A stretch of 64,000 bases of DNA from Lama guanicoe (taxonomy: Eukaryota), in the NCBI GenBank assembly GCA_013239625.1, contig MU054132.1, positions 1 through 64,000 of the forward strand. Direction: 5' to 3'. Below the pieces are notes generated by a model. The model did not search any database. It had not been told where the DNA came from and saw nothing but the letters and a program-made list of their open reading frames with translations. Position 1 is the stretch's first letter. Each line of letters begins with the position of its first letter. Both the position numbers and the translations under genes were made by a program. Shown here piece after piece: positions 25,701 to 38,714 of this stretch.

Positions 25701-28544
25701 AATCAAAGTTCTTTTGACTTCAGCTAACTTTGGGAAGCTTCAGAGGACCCCTGAGAAATCTCAGAGAAAGATATTAAGACAACTAGGATTGGCTGATACG
25801 TTAAATTACATGGCACTGTCAAATGAGTGATAAGCCTCCTCAGATTATATGATACTGGTAAATGTTATTAACATAGACATTCTGGAAATTATGTCAGGTT
25901 TCTGAAGTTTAGGTATGTCCTGGTATAATGCTATCAGTATTAATTCTACCAGGTTCTAGTCATAATTCCAGTTCTGGTCTACTTGTTATCTTAATATGTT
26001 GTATGCCACAGCAACTTGAAGCTTTTGTCCAAAATGTTATCAGATCTTTAACCTTTCCTTTTTTAGGTCTTTTGTCATTTATAGATAATTAAGGTAATGC
26101 TTTGCAAAACTGCTTCATTTCAGTAAGATTCATACAAAGAACTTTTGATAGTACAGGTTTCTCTTAAATCATACACTGAACTTGGGAAGGTGTCTAAAAT
26201 TCTAATGAAAACTCTGATTTTGTAAAACTTAGTAAAAAGAACTGATTACATAGGATTGAGTAAACCAGTGAATACAGTTACAGTTTTTTGTTTTGTCTGA
26301 AATTTTACTGGCTTTTAGTCTACATTTTCTAATTAAATTGTTTATCAAATCTTTGTCTCCCTATCAATATTTAAAGTTACTGTTTTTTGTTTGTTTGTTT
26401 TGTTTGTTTTTCACTTCCAACCACACTGTGGCCCCAAAGTTTAGGAAAGAAAGCATCCTGTTGCTAAAAGCACGTGTACGATGCTTGTGTAAGAATTGAT
26501 AGATAGTACAGGTTTCTCTTAAATCATACACTGAACTTGGGAAGGTGTCTAAAATTCTAATGAAAACTCTGATTTTGTAAAACTTAGTAAAAAGAACTGA
26601 TTACATAGGATTGAGTAAACCAGTGAATACAGTTACAGTTTTTTGTTTTGTCTGAAATTTTACTGGCTTTTAGTCTACATTTTCTAATTAAATTGTTTAT
26701 CAAATCTTTGTCTCCCTATCAATATTTAAAGTTACTGTTTTTTGTTTGTTTGTTTTGTTTGTTTTTCACTTCCAACCACACTGTGGCCCCAAAGTTTAGG
26801 AAAGAAAGCATCCTGTTGCTAAAAGCACGTGTACGATGCTTGTGTAAGAATTGATTGTAAGTGATAAAATAATATGGCCTATACTGTTTCCCCATTAACA
26901 GACCTCTGAGCCTGTATAAGTTTATCTGATTAATTTTCTCCCAATGTGGTTAACTAGGCAAATATAAAGGAGGCCTAACATCAAAAGACATGATCTGAAC
27001 CTGGGGCAGGATCCATCACCAAAACACTGAGGGACAAACATTTTGATCATCAATGTTTTCTGTTGAAAGATTCGCAATCAAAAGGGGAAATGATGGGAAA
27101 ATCTGCATATAGTGAGAAATGGGGAAGTCACCCCAGCTTATACATAGTTTAACTGAAATCCTGATGGAAGCAGCCTGTTTTATGGCCTTTTGGCCGAACA
27201 TTGTACATCTGTTTGGCCTTGAGGAGGGGAATGCATTTGAAAATCAAAATGGAGTAGATGTGATTCAAACATTCAAGGTAAAACTAGGTGGCCATTGGAG
27301 TGTGATTTCAGATATGTTCTTGTATCATTGAGAACTCAAATTTTCTGAGCTATGTCACATTTGGGGGAATCCCCAACCATTCTTGAAGTAGTGCCTGCTG
27401 GCAGCTGCAGCCTTATGACTTCAAGATCTCCTCTTGTAACTATTAAATTTTAGACAATAAAATTGTTTTAGATCAGATGTTAGCAGAAAAGAGATGAGTA
27501 ATGGCCAATAGCTCCTGTTGTGAATATGTTAATATCACATCAGAAGTTAGAACCTGCTTAGATAAAAGACAAGAGGCTACCTGGCTACAATTCTCCCCTA
27601 AAGTGCCAGGTGCAGACTGGTTTTCAGGCTCATTCACCTGAATTCCTCTGGGAATGGGGAATAAGATCTATTTTGTCTATTAAAGTTCTGGTTGTCACTC
27701 CTCCAACTATTTCTAATTAGGTCTGCTGGCACCACAAGGGTGGACTAAAAGATTATGATCTTAATTATACAAGACTCAGATCAAGGACTTGAAATTTGGA
27801 AATATTTTCAATGAAGTGTCTACTCCCCAAAGTGAGGCAGGACTGCACCCCATTTCAGCAGGAAGTAGCCAGAGCAGTCATCGTCCCATTCCTTGAAAGA
27901 TATGGGGAAGGATGAAATAGGATTGGAGATTGAAACCAAGTCCCCCTAAAACAGGGTCCTCTACTGAGTTTATGGTTAACTTCTGTCCAAAACATTATTT
28001 CCTTTCCTGTCCAACACCCATTTTCCTCAAGATTGAGGAGTATAAAAGAAAGGGGGGAGGTTGTAACCTAGCAGGACCCTGTGGGGCCTTCCAGGGTCAG
28101 ACCCCTTCCCCATATACTCTGCTGCAGCTCCTCTCTAAAGGGCCCAGATAATAGTGTCTTATGTACATTTCCTGAGTTTTTCAGATGCTTAAAGCCACCA
28201 CCAAAGGGAAGACATTAACTACTTGGTGATCCAGGGTGCATAGCCCCCAGACCTTCTAGGGCCTAGGGCTTGATGGTGTTGGCTGCCTTGTTACCTCAAC
28301 ATCAACCAATCTAGAGAACTATATGTGAGCTGATCATGTACCCTGTGACACCTACCCCCTCCCTTACCTGGCCTTTAAATATGTTTTTCTGAAACCCTTT
28401 GGGGAGTTTGGGATTTTCTTGGACATGAGTATCGCCACCCTCCTTTCTTGGCCCTGCAATAAACCTTCCTCTGCTCCAGACTTCAATGTTTTAGTTCATT
28501 TGGCTTCATGGTGTGGCAGGCACAGGATTTTGCCTTCAGTAGCA
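22725..28544 (+). mobile_element. Most complete family-A element (III): LTR 22725-23170, tRNA-Arg PBS, gag MA remnant, long non-coding block, env TM remnant, PPT, LTR 28062-28544
   Basis: Paired LTRs (tgtaac...cagtaaca / cagtagca). PBS tgtgagccagcacaggag versus TGGCGAGCCAGCCAGGAG (tRNA-Arg ACG). env ILDNKIVLDQMLAEKR*VMANSSCCEYVNITSEV at ~27447-27550. No pol. No clean TSD seen. Confidence 0.88.
26147..26855. repeat. Direct tandem duplication, 2 x 355 bp
   Basis: 26147-26501 is repeated at 26502-26855. Identical ORFs at 26293 and 26648. Confidence 0.95.
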
Positions 28545-29950
28545 GTTTCATACCTGAATATTGTTTAAAAGTTTTCTCAAACTTCTCATAGTAATCTGGA
28601 ATTGATTCATCTAGACTTTGTTTGCATTGTTGAATCTTTGACCAATTTACAGCTTTTGGTAAAAGTCTGAGTAATTTAGGAGCTAATTCCTTGCATTCAG
28701 CTTGAGCCTGCAGGGTATGTACATCAACATCCATTCAGGCATCTTTCCATCCTGCCTGCTCTATCCAGTCCTTTCCTTTATCCTCAGAAACTAATAGCTG
28801 TATTAATTGATATAGATCTGAAAACCCAGGCTCATAGGTTCAGGTGTTTAGCTGACATTTCTTAGCAAATGGATCTTGGCTAGGTCAGGAAATTCCTTAG
28901 CTTGGGTCCAGGCTGTATACATAAGCACCAAGGACAGTTCCACTCTTCCCATAATGAGTTTCTCCTTCAAGAGAACTATGATTACTTCTGATTTTCTGTC
29001 TTCCTTTCCTGAGGAAGGGAAATGGGCAGGAGGCAGGATTGATGGAAGAGAGAGGGAGACAGCCTCTGGATTAGACAGCTCAGATAAAAGAGTACAGAGG
29101 AGGAGCAGAGGGAGAGACAGGGTTAATGCTGGCTGCTTTTTAAAATTCTATCATTTCAAGCAAACTTTTGTTGGTTTCCTGCAAGCAAGTTATCATTTCC
29201 CATCTTAGAATCTTCTAAATACCAATCAAAATAAGCATTCCATTCAGTCTGTTTGATTTTATGGCTGGCTTTTTCTAGCTGTGTATGCAAAAAAAAAAAA
29301 AGTTTTGGAATCTCCAAAGAGCCCCAATTTGGCCATTTTAGGTTGAGATCTCCTTTAGTATAGTTTCCCCAATCAAGTAAGTATGTGCAAGTAGAATTCC
29401 CATATGTATTGTACATGAACCTGGCTGGGGTGTTGTTTAGAGGCTGGCAAACTGTTGTTTCCTTTTCTTTGGTTTTGAAAGCCTTATTTCCCATTGTGAG
29501 GTCGGTATGTTGAAATAAAATGGCTAGTGATGATGGTGTGATGCACCCTTGTGCTGCTTAAGAGATTGATTCCTCTAGGTTTTTACTCCAAGTGGTCTCT
29601 GCTCCTTCCTGTGTGTCTCGGGTTCTCCCATTGGTCTCCTTGGGAGCAATTCTGGGTGCATTCTCTTTCAGGAGCCAGGCCACTCTGGAATCCTCCATGT
29701 GGGGTGGAAGTGAAATTTCGGGAAGTTTTGGAATCTCCAAAGAGCCCCAATTTGGCCATTTTAGGTTGAGATCTCCTTTAGTATAGTTTCCCCAATCAAG
29801 TAAGTATGTGCAAGTAGAATTCCCATATGTATTGTACATGAACCTGGCTGGGGTGTTGTTTAGAGGCTGGCAAACTGTTGTTTCCTTTTCTTTGGTTTTG
29901 AAAGCCTTATTTCCCATTGTGAGGTCGGTATGTTGAAATAAAATGGCTAG
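28545..29950 (-). mobile_element. gag remnant of another class I ERV ('H'): MA and part of CA
   Basis: MGNKAFKT...TPARFMYNTYG...KWPNWGSLEIPKL (Met-Gly myristoylation start). CA/MHR VNWSKIQQCKQSLDESIPDYYEKFEKTFKQYSG. Frameshifted and truncated. Confidence 0.8.
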
Positions 29951-30145
29951 TGATGATGGTGTGATGCACCCTTGTGCTGCTTAAGAGATTGATTCCTCTA
30001 GGTTTTTACTCCAAGTGGTCTCTGCTCCTTCCTGTGTGTCTCGGGTTCTCCCATTGGTCTCCTTGGGAGCAATTCTGGGTGCATTCTCTTTCAGGAGCCA
30101 GGCCACTCTGGAATCCTCCATGTGGGGTGGAAGTGAAATTTTGGG
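29300..30145. repeat. Direct tandem duplication, 2 x 423 bp
   Basis: 29300-29722 is repeated at 29723-30145. ORF starts are offset by 423. Confidence 0.95.
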
Positions 30146-30178
30146 GATACATTTTGTCTGATCTTTTGTTTGTGGGAC

Positions 30179-31357
30179 TGTTAGCCAACCAACGGAGGAA
30201 CCCCTAAATTAGGAAGCCAACCAAAGTGTGGGTTCTGCCACCAGCTATGAAAGAATTCACACAGCAAAGACAGAGGAACAAAGTGAACAGCTGCTTTATT
30301 GCTCAGAAGGGGAAATGGAAGGAAAGTGCTTGAGCAGGGAGAAGAGAAGAAAGTCACTCAAATGAGTTAAAGGGGCTCGAATGGAGAGTGGTCAGCTAAG
30401 ATGGGCGGTAGGGACAGCTCTGGCCCAGGTAGGGCCACATGGACCTTGATGAGAGGCTTCCACCATCATGTCCTCATTCTGGGTGTGATGGAGCCAATCA
30501 GTCTTTGTTTGAATATTTCAGTCTTAATATGGGGTTTTCCTATTGTTGTCATGGCAATCGTCAACTGTCATGGTGTTGGTGGGTGTGTCACTTAGCATGC
30601 TAATATATTACAGTGAGCATGTAATGAGGCTCAAATTCCACTGGAAGTCAACTCCTCCACCATCTTGGACTCCATAGGGTTCTAATCAGTTCTTGCTTCT
30701 CTGCAGGTGCCTCCTGAGACTTAGATAAGAGTGATTGGTTTCTGTTTGAGAGAGGGGCAGGGATATGTTGACTGAAATAAAATGCACAGCCTTAAAGTTG
30801 AGAGTTATGATTTATTCTGGTGACATTTCTGAAGACTCAGCTTGGGATGACAGCCTCTGAGATCACTCAGAGGGACTGCTCCAATGAGGCAGAGGAGGAG
30901 ACAGGAGATACAGGAATTTGATGACAAAGACCAGGCAGTCAGAACATTACAAGATTACTGTTAACTAAAGAAAACCAGACATCTAAAGTTAAAGAATTTA
31001 GCACTTTTCTGTGTATGGGAGGGAGCAAATGTCTCAGCTCATTGAAATTATTCCTTTGAAAAGCACCAGGCTATCTGGGGCCAGTGTCCTGTCCTTTCAC
31101 ATTCTGATTCCCCCTAGAATCAGAATTTTGTGGGTGGCCACACAGACCCGGCTGCCTGCTTGTCTGCACTCTGAGCTTGCTGTGGGGGTGGTGGTAGTGG
31201 CTGATGATTTAATGCTTTTTGCATTCTTTGTTTACTGATATGACTTGCAGTACTTTTCCTCCACAGGTATGATCCTGGGGAAAACAGCCTTGGTAACCAA
31301 AAGGAAAGTTACTTTTAATCAGAATGCCTGCAATCTAGTGCACCCAGCATCACCACG

Positions 31358-31398
<41 letters not shown>

Positions 31399-31637
31399 AG
31401 CAAAAAACCTTCAAGGATTCTGTTCAGCCATGGAAGTTTTATAGGGAAATGAAGGAGTCATCTCAGTTAATCGTTGAGATAGGTGGTCAGAGCCCTTGCC
31501 ATCCCTCAGTGCCTGCAGGCTTGTCCTAATCAACTGCTTGAGCCTGCTCTTCTGTGACTCAGGGAGGCCTGGGGGACTTCAGCTTTCCTATAAACCAGAG
31601 GCAGTGGAGGGAGGGAACAGGGTCCTGCTTCCTTTCA
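30179..31637 (-). mobile_element. Second copy of solo LTR C with nested E-type LTR (30766-31265) but without LTR D
   Basis: Same insertion point (gtttgtgggac|tgtta) as at 8012. Empty D site gcttccaccatc at ~30456. Confidence 0.85.
31359..31394. repeat. (CA)n microsatellite
   Basis: About 17-18 CA units. Absent at the paralogous position near 9552. Confidence 0.9.
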
Positions 31638-33652
31638 GGATCATGTTTGTTGTTTGTATGAGTGTGTGCGTCAGCAATTGCTTTGGCCAGTTGAGACGTC
31701 TTTGGTGGGTAACACAGCTCGCCTGTGATGCCAGGATGGTGTCCTTCCCTATTCCATTGGCTGCAGTGCAATGCTGTGGTGGGGCATGGGATGGGATTTT
31801 CCCTGTTAGGACTGGCCTTGTGTATTCATTCAGCTTCATCTTTGATGGGACCTTGGTTGAAGAGTTTCCCCCTTTGAGGGGGAACTGGATGGATCAGAAA
31901 AGGTGGTAACAATCGGGGCTTTACAGGGTGCTGCTACCTCCCTCTTAACCTCGGTGTCCTGGGGGAACTGTGGAGGGTCTGTCCATTCTGAGATTATGGG
32001 CCCATTACCTTCTTCCTGGAGCACAGCCTCTGGGAAAAACTATAGTAAAGAATGTAAGAAAGAAGTTTAGGAGTTGCTTAGCACAAGCACTAAGGGAGAG
32101 AAGACAAATTGCAGGATTTCTTAGAATCAGTGAATTACTTTAGCATCAGGGGAGTTACTTCCCTTCCTTCTCCTTCACAAGTGAGATGGGAGCTTTTGGG
32201 TGAACTCCTTGGAAATGATTGTGTTTTAGGAATGGTTGCTCAGAAATGATATCTCCAGATATTTGGTAGCTTGAAAGTTTGGAGCTGGCCTGAATTAGGT
32301 TGAATGATGGAGCTTTGTTGAAAGGCTGGGTCATTCCCAAATAGAATAAGATACTGAGGGGTTCATTGCTAAGCACTGGCTTCCCTTTGCAGAGAAGCTA
32401 GATTTATTTAGGAATTTTTTTTTTAACTGAAGTATAGTCTGCTACAATGTGTCCATTTCTGGTGTATGGCATAATGTCCCAGTCACGCATATACACACAT
32501 GTATTTGTTTTCTTATTCACTTTCATTAAAGATTACTGTAAGATATTGAATATAGTTCCCTGTGTTATACAAAAGAATCCCTCAGTGCCTGCAGGCTTGT
32601 CCTAATCAACTGCTTGAGCCTGCTCTTCTGTGACTCAGGGAGGCCTGGGGGACTTCAGCTTTCCTATAAACCAGAGGCAGTGGAGGGAGGGAACAGGGTC
32701 CTGCTTCCTTTCAGGATCATGTTTGTTGTTTGTATGAGTGTGTGCGTCAGCAATTGCTTTGGCCAGTTGAGACGTCTTTGGTGGGTAACACAGCTCGCCT
32801 GTGATGCCAGGATGGTGTCCTTCCCTATTCCATTGGCTGCAGTGCAATGCTGTGGTGGGGCATGGGATGGGATTTTCCCTGTTAGGACTGGCCTTGTGTA
32901 TTCATTCAGCTTCATCTTTGATGGGACCTTGGTTGAAGAGATTCCCCCTTTGAGGGGGAACTGGATGGATCAGAAAAGGTGGTAACAATCGGGGCTTTAC
33001 AGGGTGCTGCTACCTCCCTCTTAACCTCGGTGTCCTGGGGGAACTGTGGAGGGTCTGTCCATTCTGAGATTATGGGCCCATTACCTTCTTCCTGGAGCAC
33101 AGCCTCTGGGAAAAACTATAGTAAAGAATGTAAGAAAGAAGTTTAGGAGTTGCTTAGCACAAGCACTAAGGGAGAGAAGACAAATTGCAGGATTTCTTAG
33201 AATCAGTGAATTACTTTAGCATCAGGGGAGTTACTTCCCTTCCTTCTCCTTCACAAGTGAGATGGGAGCTTTTGGGTGAACTCCTTGGAAATGATTGTGT
33301 TTTAGGAATGGTTGCTCAGAAATGATATCTCCAGATATTTGGTAGCTTGAAAGTTTGGAGCTGGCCTGAATTAGGTTGAATGATGGAGCTTTGTTGAAAG
33401 GCTGGGTCATTCCCAAATAGAATAAGATACTGAGGGGTTCATTGCTAAGCACTGGCTTCCCTTTGCAGAGAAGCTAGATTTATTTAGGAATTTTTTTTTT
33501 AACTGAAGTATAGTCTGCTACAATGTGTCCATTTCTGGTGTATGGCATAATGTCCCAGTCACGCATATACACACATGTATTTGTTTTCTTATTCACTTTC
33601 ATTAAAGATTACTGTAAGATATTGAATATAGTTCCCTGTGTTATACAAAAGA
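31501..33652. repeat. Direct tandem duplication, 2 x 1076 bp
   Basis: 31501-32576 is repeated at 32577-33652. I noticed one substitution (gagtttccc vs gagattccc). Confidence 0.95.
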
Positions 33653-34311
33653 CATTTGTTTTTAATTTATTTTTATATAGAGAGTTAACATTTGGTATTT
33701 AGGATTCTTGATGGATATGTTCAGTGCCACCCTGAGATATTTCCTGTAAAAATCACATATTTTTGAAAGTTATTGACAGTGTGTGTTTGTCAATGGGCAG
33801 AATGCTACTGTAGGGGACAGTTCAGAGTTGCTTACTTCTTGGTTTTCACTGGAAATTAAGGTTTTAAGAGATGAGAATTCTAGTGTAAACATGTCAGTAA
33901 AGCCACTGAAAATAATAAGGGAAACATTTCAGTATTCAGTGGGAAGGTAGGATATATGTTTTGAGTGAAGAAAGGTATGAAGAGTGGTGTTGCACTTTGT
34001 TAAGGGCAAAGAAACTGATTTGGTCCTGGAGCCGGTTGTTTGTGGATAAGGGAAAAAACAGAGGACAGGCTCATGGGGACACAGAAGGTTGTGGAGGGTT
34101 TATGGGAAGGGAGCCCTAAGAAAAAGGAGTCCTGTGCATGGTCCTGCAGAGATTAAGCTTAATTAGGTGAGTGGATTTTGCTACTAAAAGTAGGTTGGTG
34201 TAGGACTAGATTTGGTTTCTCTCTGTTAAGAGAACAAGTTTGCTTAGAGTGCTTGTGATACTAGACGGTGTGAAACTTTCTGATAGTTTTTACAAGCTTC
34301 CTATCACATCT

Positions 34312-34813
34312 TGTTGACTAAAATAAAATCACACAATGTGAGAATTGTGGGTTAAGGTTTATTTGAGGCAAAATGAGGAATATACCCCTGGAGACAGCAC
34401 CTCAGACAGCTCTGAGAAACTGTTCTGAAGAGGCAGGGGGAGAACTCAGTATTACATATGATTTCACTAAGGGGGGCATGTGCAATCAGGCACACGTTTA
34501 GGCAGAGGCTTGCTGCTAGTCACCAGGAGCAGATGTCACCGTTAATGATTTTAGTGCTTTTCTAGATACGAGAAGATGCAAGAATTGGGCTCATAAAATC
34601 TCCTGAAATAAATCTACCTGAAGGCCTGTTCAGCCAGTTTTCCCAGAGCACAGAGCGCCTCATTCCTGACCTCCACCCTGAGCTCCTTTCAGGGAGTGCT
34701 GGAGGTCAGCGGCTGCAGTGGCTCATTATTTAATCCAAGCAGGGGTAGATGGCAGGTGCCAACATGATCCAATCCTTGTGGAGGCAGATGGCAAAGCCAA
34801 GTTTTAGTTAACA
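34312..34813 (-). mobile_element. Solo LTR of family E at the same site as the proviral LTR at 13074
   Basis: Identical left flank cttcctatcacatct|tgttgac. Family-A internal sequence resumes on the right. Empty site at ~211-235. Confidence 0.85.
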
Positions 34814-37800
34814 TCTTAATTAAAGTTCTTTTGACTTTAGCTACTTTGGGGATGCCTCAGTGGGCCCGTGAGACATCTTAGAGAAAAATGTTCTACTAAC
34901 TAGGATTGGCTGATATGCTGAATTACACGGGAAGCATTGTCTAATGAGTGATCAACCTCTTCAGATGATATGGTATGCATAAATATTGTTAATGTGAATT
35001 TTCTAGACGTTGTGTGGAGTTCCTGAGGTTTGGACAGGTCCTGGTATAGAGCTACCAGTCCTGATTGTCATGGTTGCCTTGGAATGTTGTGTCACAGCAA
35101 CTTGATGGAGCTGCTTTGTCCAGGGCATTGTGATCGGATCTTTGGCCTCACCTTTTTGGGTCTCTCGTCACTTGTGGACAGTGGGGCTGACACTTTGCAG
35201 GGTAGCTTCCCCTTTCAGAGGACTCATGGCAGGGACTTTTTGACACGTGCAGGTTTCTTTTGGATCATGCTGCTGAGCTGGATAAGTTATTTAGAGACTG
35301 AAAACTCTGACTTCCTAAAGCTGTTGGTAAAAGGGATTGATTGCATAGAAATGAGTGAACTGAGGAATATGGTTATAATTTTTGGGGGTTTTTATAGTGT
35401 TACTGGCTTTGGATCCATGTTTTCTAACTGAAGTGTTTACCAAATGTTTGTCTCCCTGTCAAAATTGTCCCCAGTGTTTAGGATTAAGGAAAGAGAATTC
35501 TCTAATGGAGTTGTCACAGAGTATAACTACTCATGAGGTATAACAATGCTCGCTTTAAGTTGATTGCTAAGAGCACATGTATGATGCTTGGGTAACAACT
35601 GGGTATAAGTGATAAAATGTTGGGCTTGTAAAGTGTTTCCCCATTAACGTACCTCTGAGCCTGTTCCCAATATCTGATTAGCTTTCCCCCAATTTGTGGA
35701 TGACTAGGCAGATATAAAGGAGGCCTAGCACCGAGGGACATGATCTAAACCTGGGGCAAGCGCCACCACCCCATCATTGAGAGACAGATACGTTAATCAT
35801 CAGTGATTTCTGTTGAAAGATTTAGAATCAAAAGAGGAAATGATGGGGGAATCTGCACATACTGAGGTGTGGGGAAGTCGTTCTGGCTTATGCATGGTTT
35901 GACATAAACTGTACTGACCAAAGTGGCCTGTCTCATGGCCTTTAGGACATGCACTGTACATCTGCTTTGGCTTTGAGAAGGGAAATGCCTTTGAAAGCAT
36001 ACATGGAGTAGCTGTGGTTCAGACACCTAAGGTAAAACCAGGTGGGCACTGTGGATGTGATTTCAGGCACATTCCTGTATTTTTAAGAACTCGATTCTTA
36101 GCTGTGTCTTACTTGGGATGACACCAGCCATTCTGTCTGCTGGCAGATGGCAGCTGCAACCTTATGACCTTAAGGTCTCTTCTTGTAACTATTAAACTTT
36201 TAGACAATAAAAGTACTTTAGATCAGATGTTAGAAGAAAAAAGGAGACATGTACTGGCCAAAAGCTCCTGTTATATATATGTTAATACCACATCAAAAGT
36301 TAAAACCTACTCAGATAAAAGTAGACAACTGACTACAAGTCTCCCCTAAAGTGCCAGGTCCAGACTGGTTTCCAGGCTTAGTCTCCCAAATTCCTTAGGG
36401 AGTGAGAGCTTAATCATACAAGGCGGACCCAGGACTGGGAACTTGGGAATATTTCCAATTCAGTGTCCATTCCCCAAGTTGAGGTGGGACTACGCCAGTT
36501 TCATCAGAAAGTAGTCAGAGCAGTCACTGCCCTGTCCCCTGAAAGATTTGGGGAAGGATGAAACAGTATTGGAGATTGAAACAGAGTTCTTCTGCTGAGT
36601 TTCTGATTAAGCTCTCTGCCCAAAATATGACTCCCCTTCTTGTCCAATACCTGTTCTCAAGATTGAGGCATATCAAAGAAAAGGGGGGAATTGTAACCAA
36701 GCAGGACCCTATGGGGCCTTCTCGGGACAGATCCCTCCCCCCATATTGGCTGCGGTAGCTCCTCTCTGAAGGACTCAGATAATAGTATCTCATGCATGTT
36801 TCCTGGGTTTATCAGATGCTAAAAAGCACCACCAAATGGAAAAAAAAAACTAACTACTTGATGATCATGAGCACGTAACTTCCTGGCACCTAAGGATTGA
36901 TCACCATCAACCAATCTGAGAATTGTGCACAACTGATCACAAACTCTGGGATGCTCCACCCTCAGCTGGGCCTTTAAAGAGGGTCAGCTGGAACCCTTGG
37001 CGCAGGGTTTTCTGGGGCCGGAGCCTCTCATTCTCCTTGCTTGGCCCAGCAATAAACCTCTTTCTACTCTAAACTTCAGTGTTCCGATATTATTTGGCCT
37101 GACGGTGCACTGGGCACAGGAACGTGAGGTAACGGGGGACCCCTGTTCTGAAGGACCGACCATGGAAGTCTGTGCGTGGGTTCTCATCAGGATTCTGAAA
37201 CCAAGTTACTTTTTTTAAGTTTCTGTTCTACTTAATAAGAAAAATGTTAAGATTCATTCTCACATCTTTTTAAATTTAGAATTAGGAATCCTGTTTCCAT
37301 GGCTAAAATGAAAGCAGAAGTTGTTTACAGCAACTTTCACTCACGCCTGGTCCCTTTCTCCACCCACCTGCCCAGCTTATCGCCTCCAGTGGTTCCCGCG
37401 GGCTCAGGGCTGGTCTGGCCGAGCCCCAGCCTGCAGGCTGCTCCCTCGGAGGCAACCTCTAGAACTTTTTCATTTTACAGAACTGAAACTCTACAGCCAT
37501 TAAGCAACAACTCCGTTTTTCTTTCCCCAGGCCCTGCTGACCAACATTCTTCCTGCTTCTTTAAACGCTGACTATTAGATACCTCATATAAGTAATGATC
37601 CAGTATTTGTCTTCTCGTGACTAGCTTGCTTCACTGAGCATAATGTCTTCAAGGTTCATCCACGTTGTATCATGTGACAGGACTGCCTTCCTTCTTGAGG
37701 CTAAATAATACTCTGTTGTGCGTTTTGTTTATCCAGTTATCTGTTGATAGACACTGGGGTTGCTTCCATCCGTTGGCTGTTATGAGTGGTGCTGCAGTGA

Positions 37801-38714
37801 ACATGGGGGTACAAATATCTTTTTTTTTTAATTGAACTATAGGTGATTGATTTACAGTGTGTTAGTTTCTGGTGTACAGCATAATGGCTCAGTTGTACAT
37901 ACATATTTTTCATATTCTTTTTCATTGAAGATTATTACAAGCTATTGAATATAGTTCCCTGTGCTATAGAGTAGGACCTTTTAAAAATCTATTTTATCTA
38001 TAATAGTTTGCATCTGCTAATCTCACACTCCAAATTTATCCCTCCCTCTCTTTTCCCCCTTTTTGTCTTCTGTATCTGTTTCTGTTTTGTAAATAAGCTC
38101 ATTTGTGTCTTTTTTAAGATTTCACATATAAGTGATATATGATATTTGTCTTTCTGTGACTTCACTTAGTACAGTAATCTCTAGGCCCATCCATGTTGCT
38201 GCAGATGGCATTATTTCATTTTTAATGGCTGAGTAGCATTCCATTGTATAAATATACCACAACTTCTTTATCCAGGTTTCTGTTGATGGCATTTAGTTTG
38301 CTTCCATCTCTTGGCTATTGTAAATACTGCTGTTATGAACATTGGGGTGCATGTATCTTTTTGAATTAGAGTCCTTTCCAGATATATGCCCAGGAGTGGG
38401 ATTGCTGGATCAGATGATAAGTCTATTTTTGTTTTTTTAAGGAATCTCCATACTGTTCTCCATACTGACTGCACCAAACTACATACCCACTGACAGTGTG
38501 GGAGGGTTCCCTTTTCTCCACACCCTCTCCAGCATTTATCATTGTTTTACAATATCATATTTTTTAAATTGAAGTATAGTTGATGTACAATATTTTATGT
38601 TACAGGTATACAATATTGTGATTCACAATTTTTATAGATTACACTCCATTTATAGTTATTATAAAATATTGGCTATATTCCCCATGTTGTACAGTACATC
38701 CTTGTAGCTTTTTT

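Larger units (their letters stand above)
7198..37134 (+). mobile_element. Family-A element II: LTR 7198-7598, PBS, internal region expanded by nesting and duplication, 3' LTR 36692-37134
   Basis: A degenerate tRNA-Arg PBS follows 7598. gag MA remnant at ~10655-10780 (GYILQNWEIFSYAP...YCNTV..QYSLRSREQWPL). env TM remnant at ~36190-36310. PPT aaagaaaaggggggaa precedes 36692. Confidence 0.7.
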
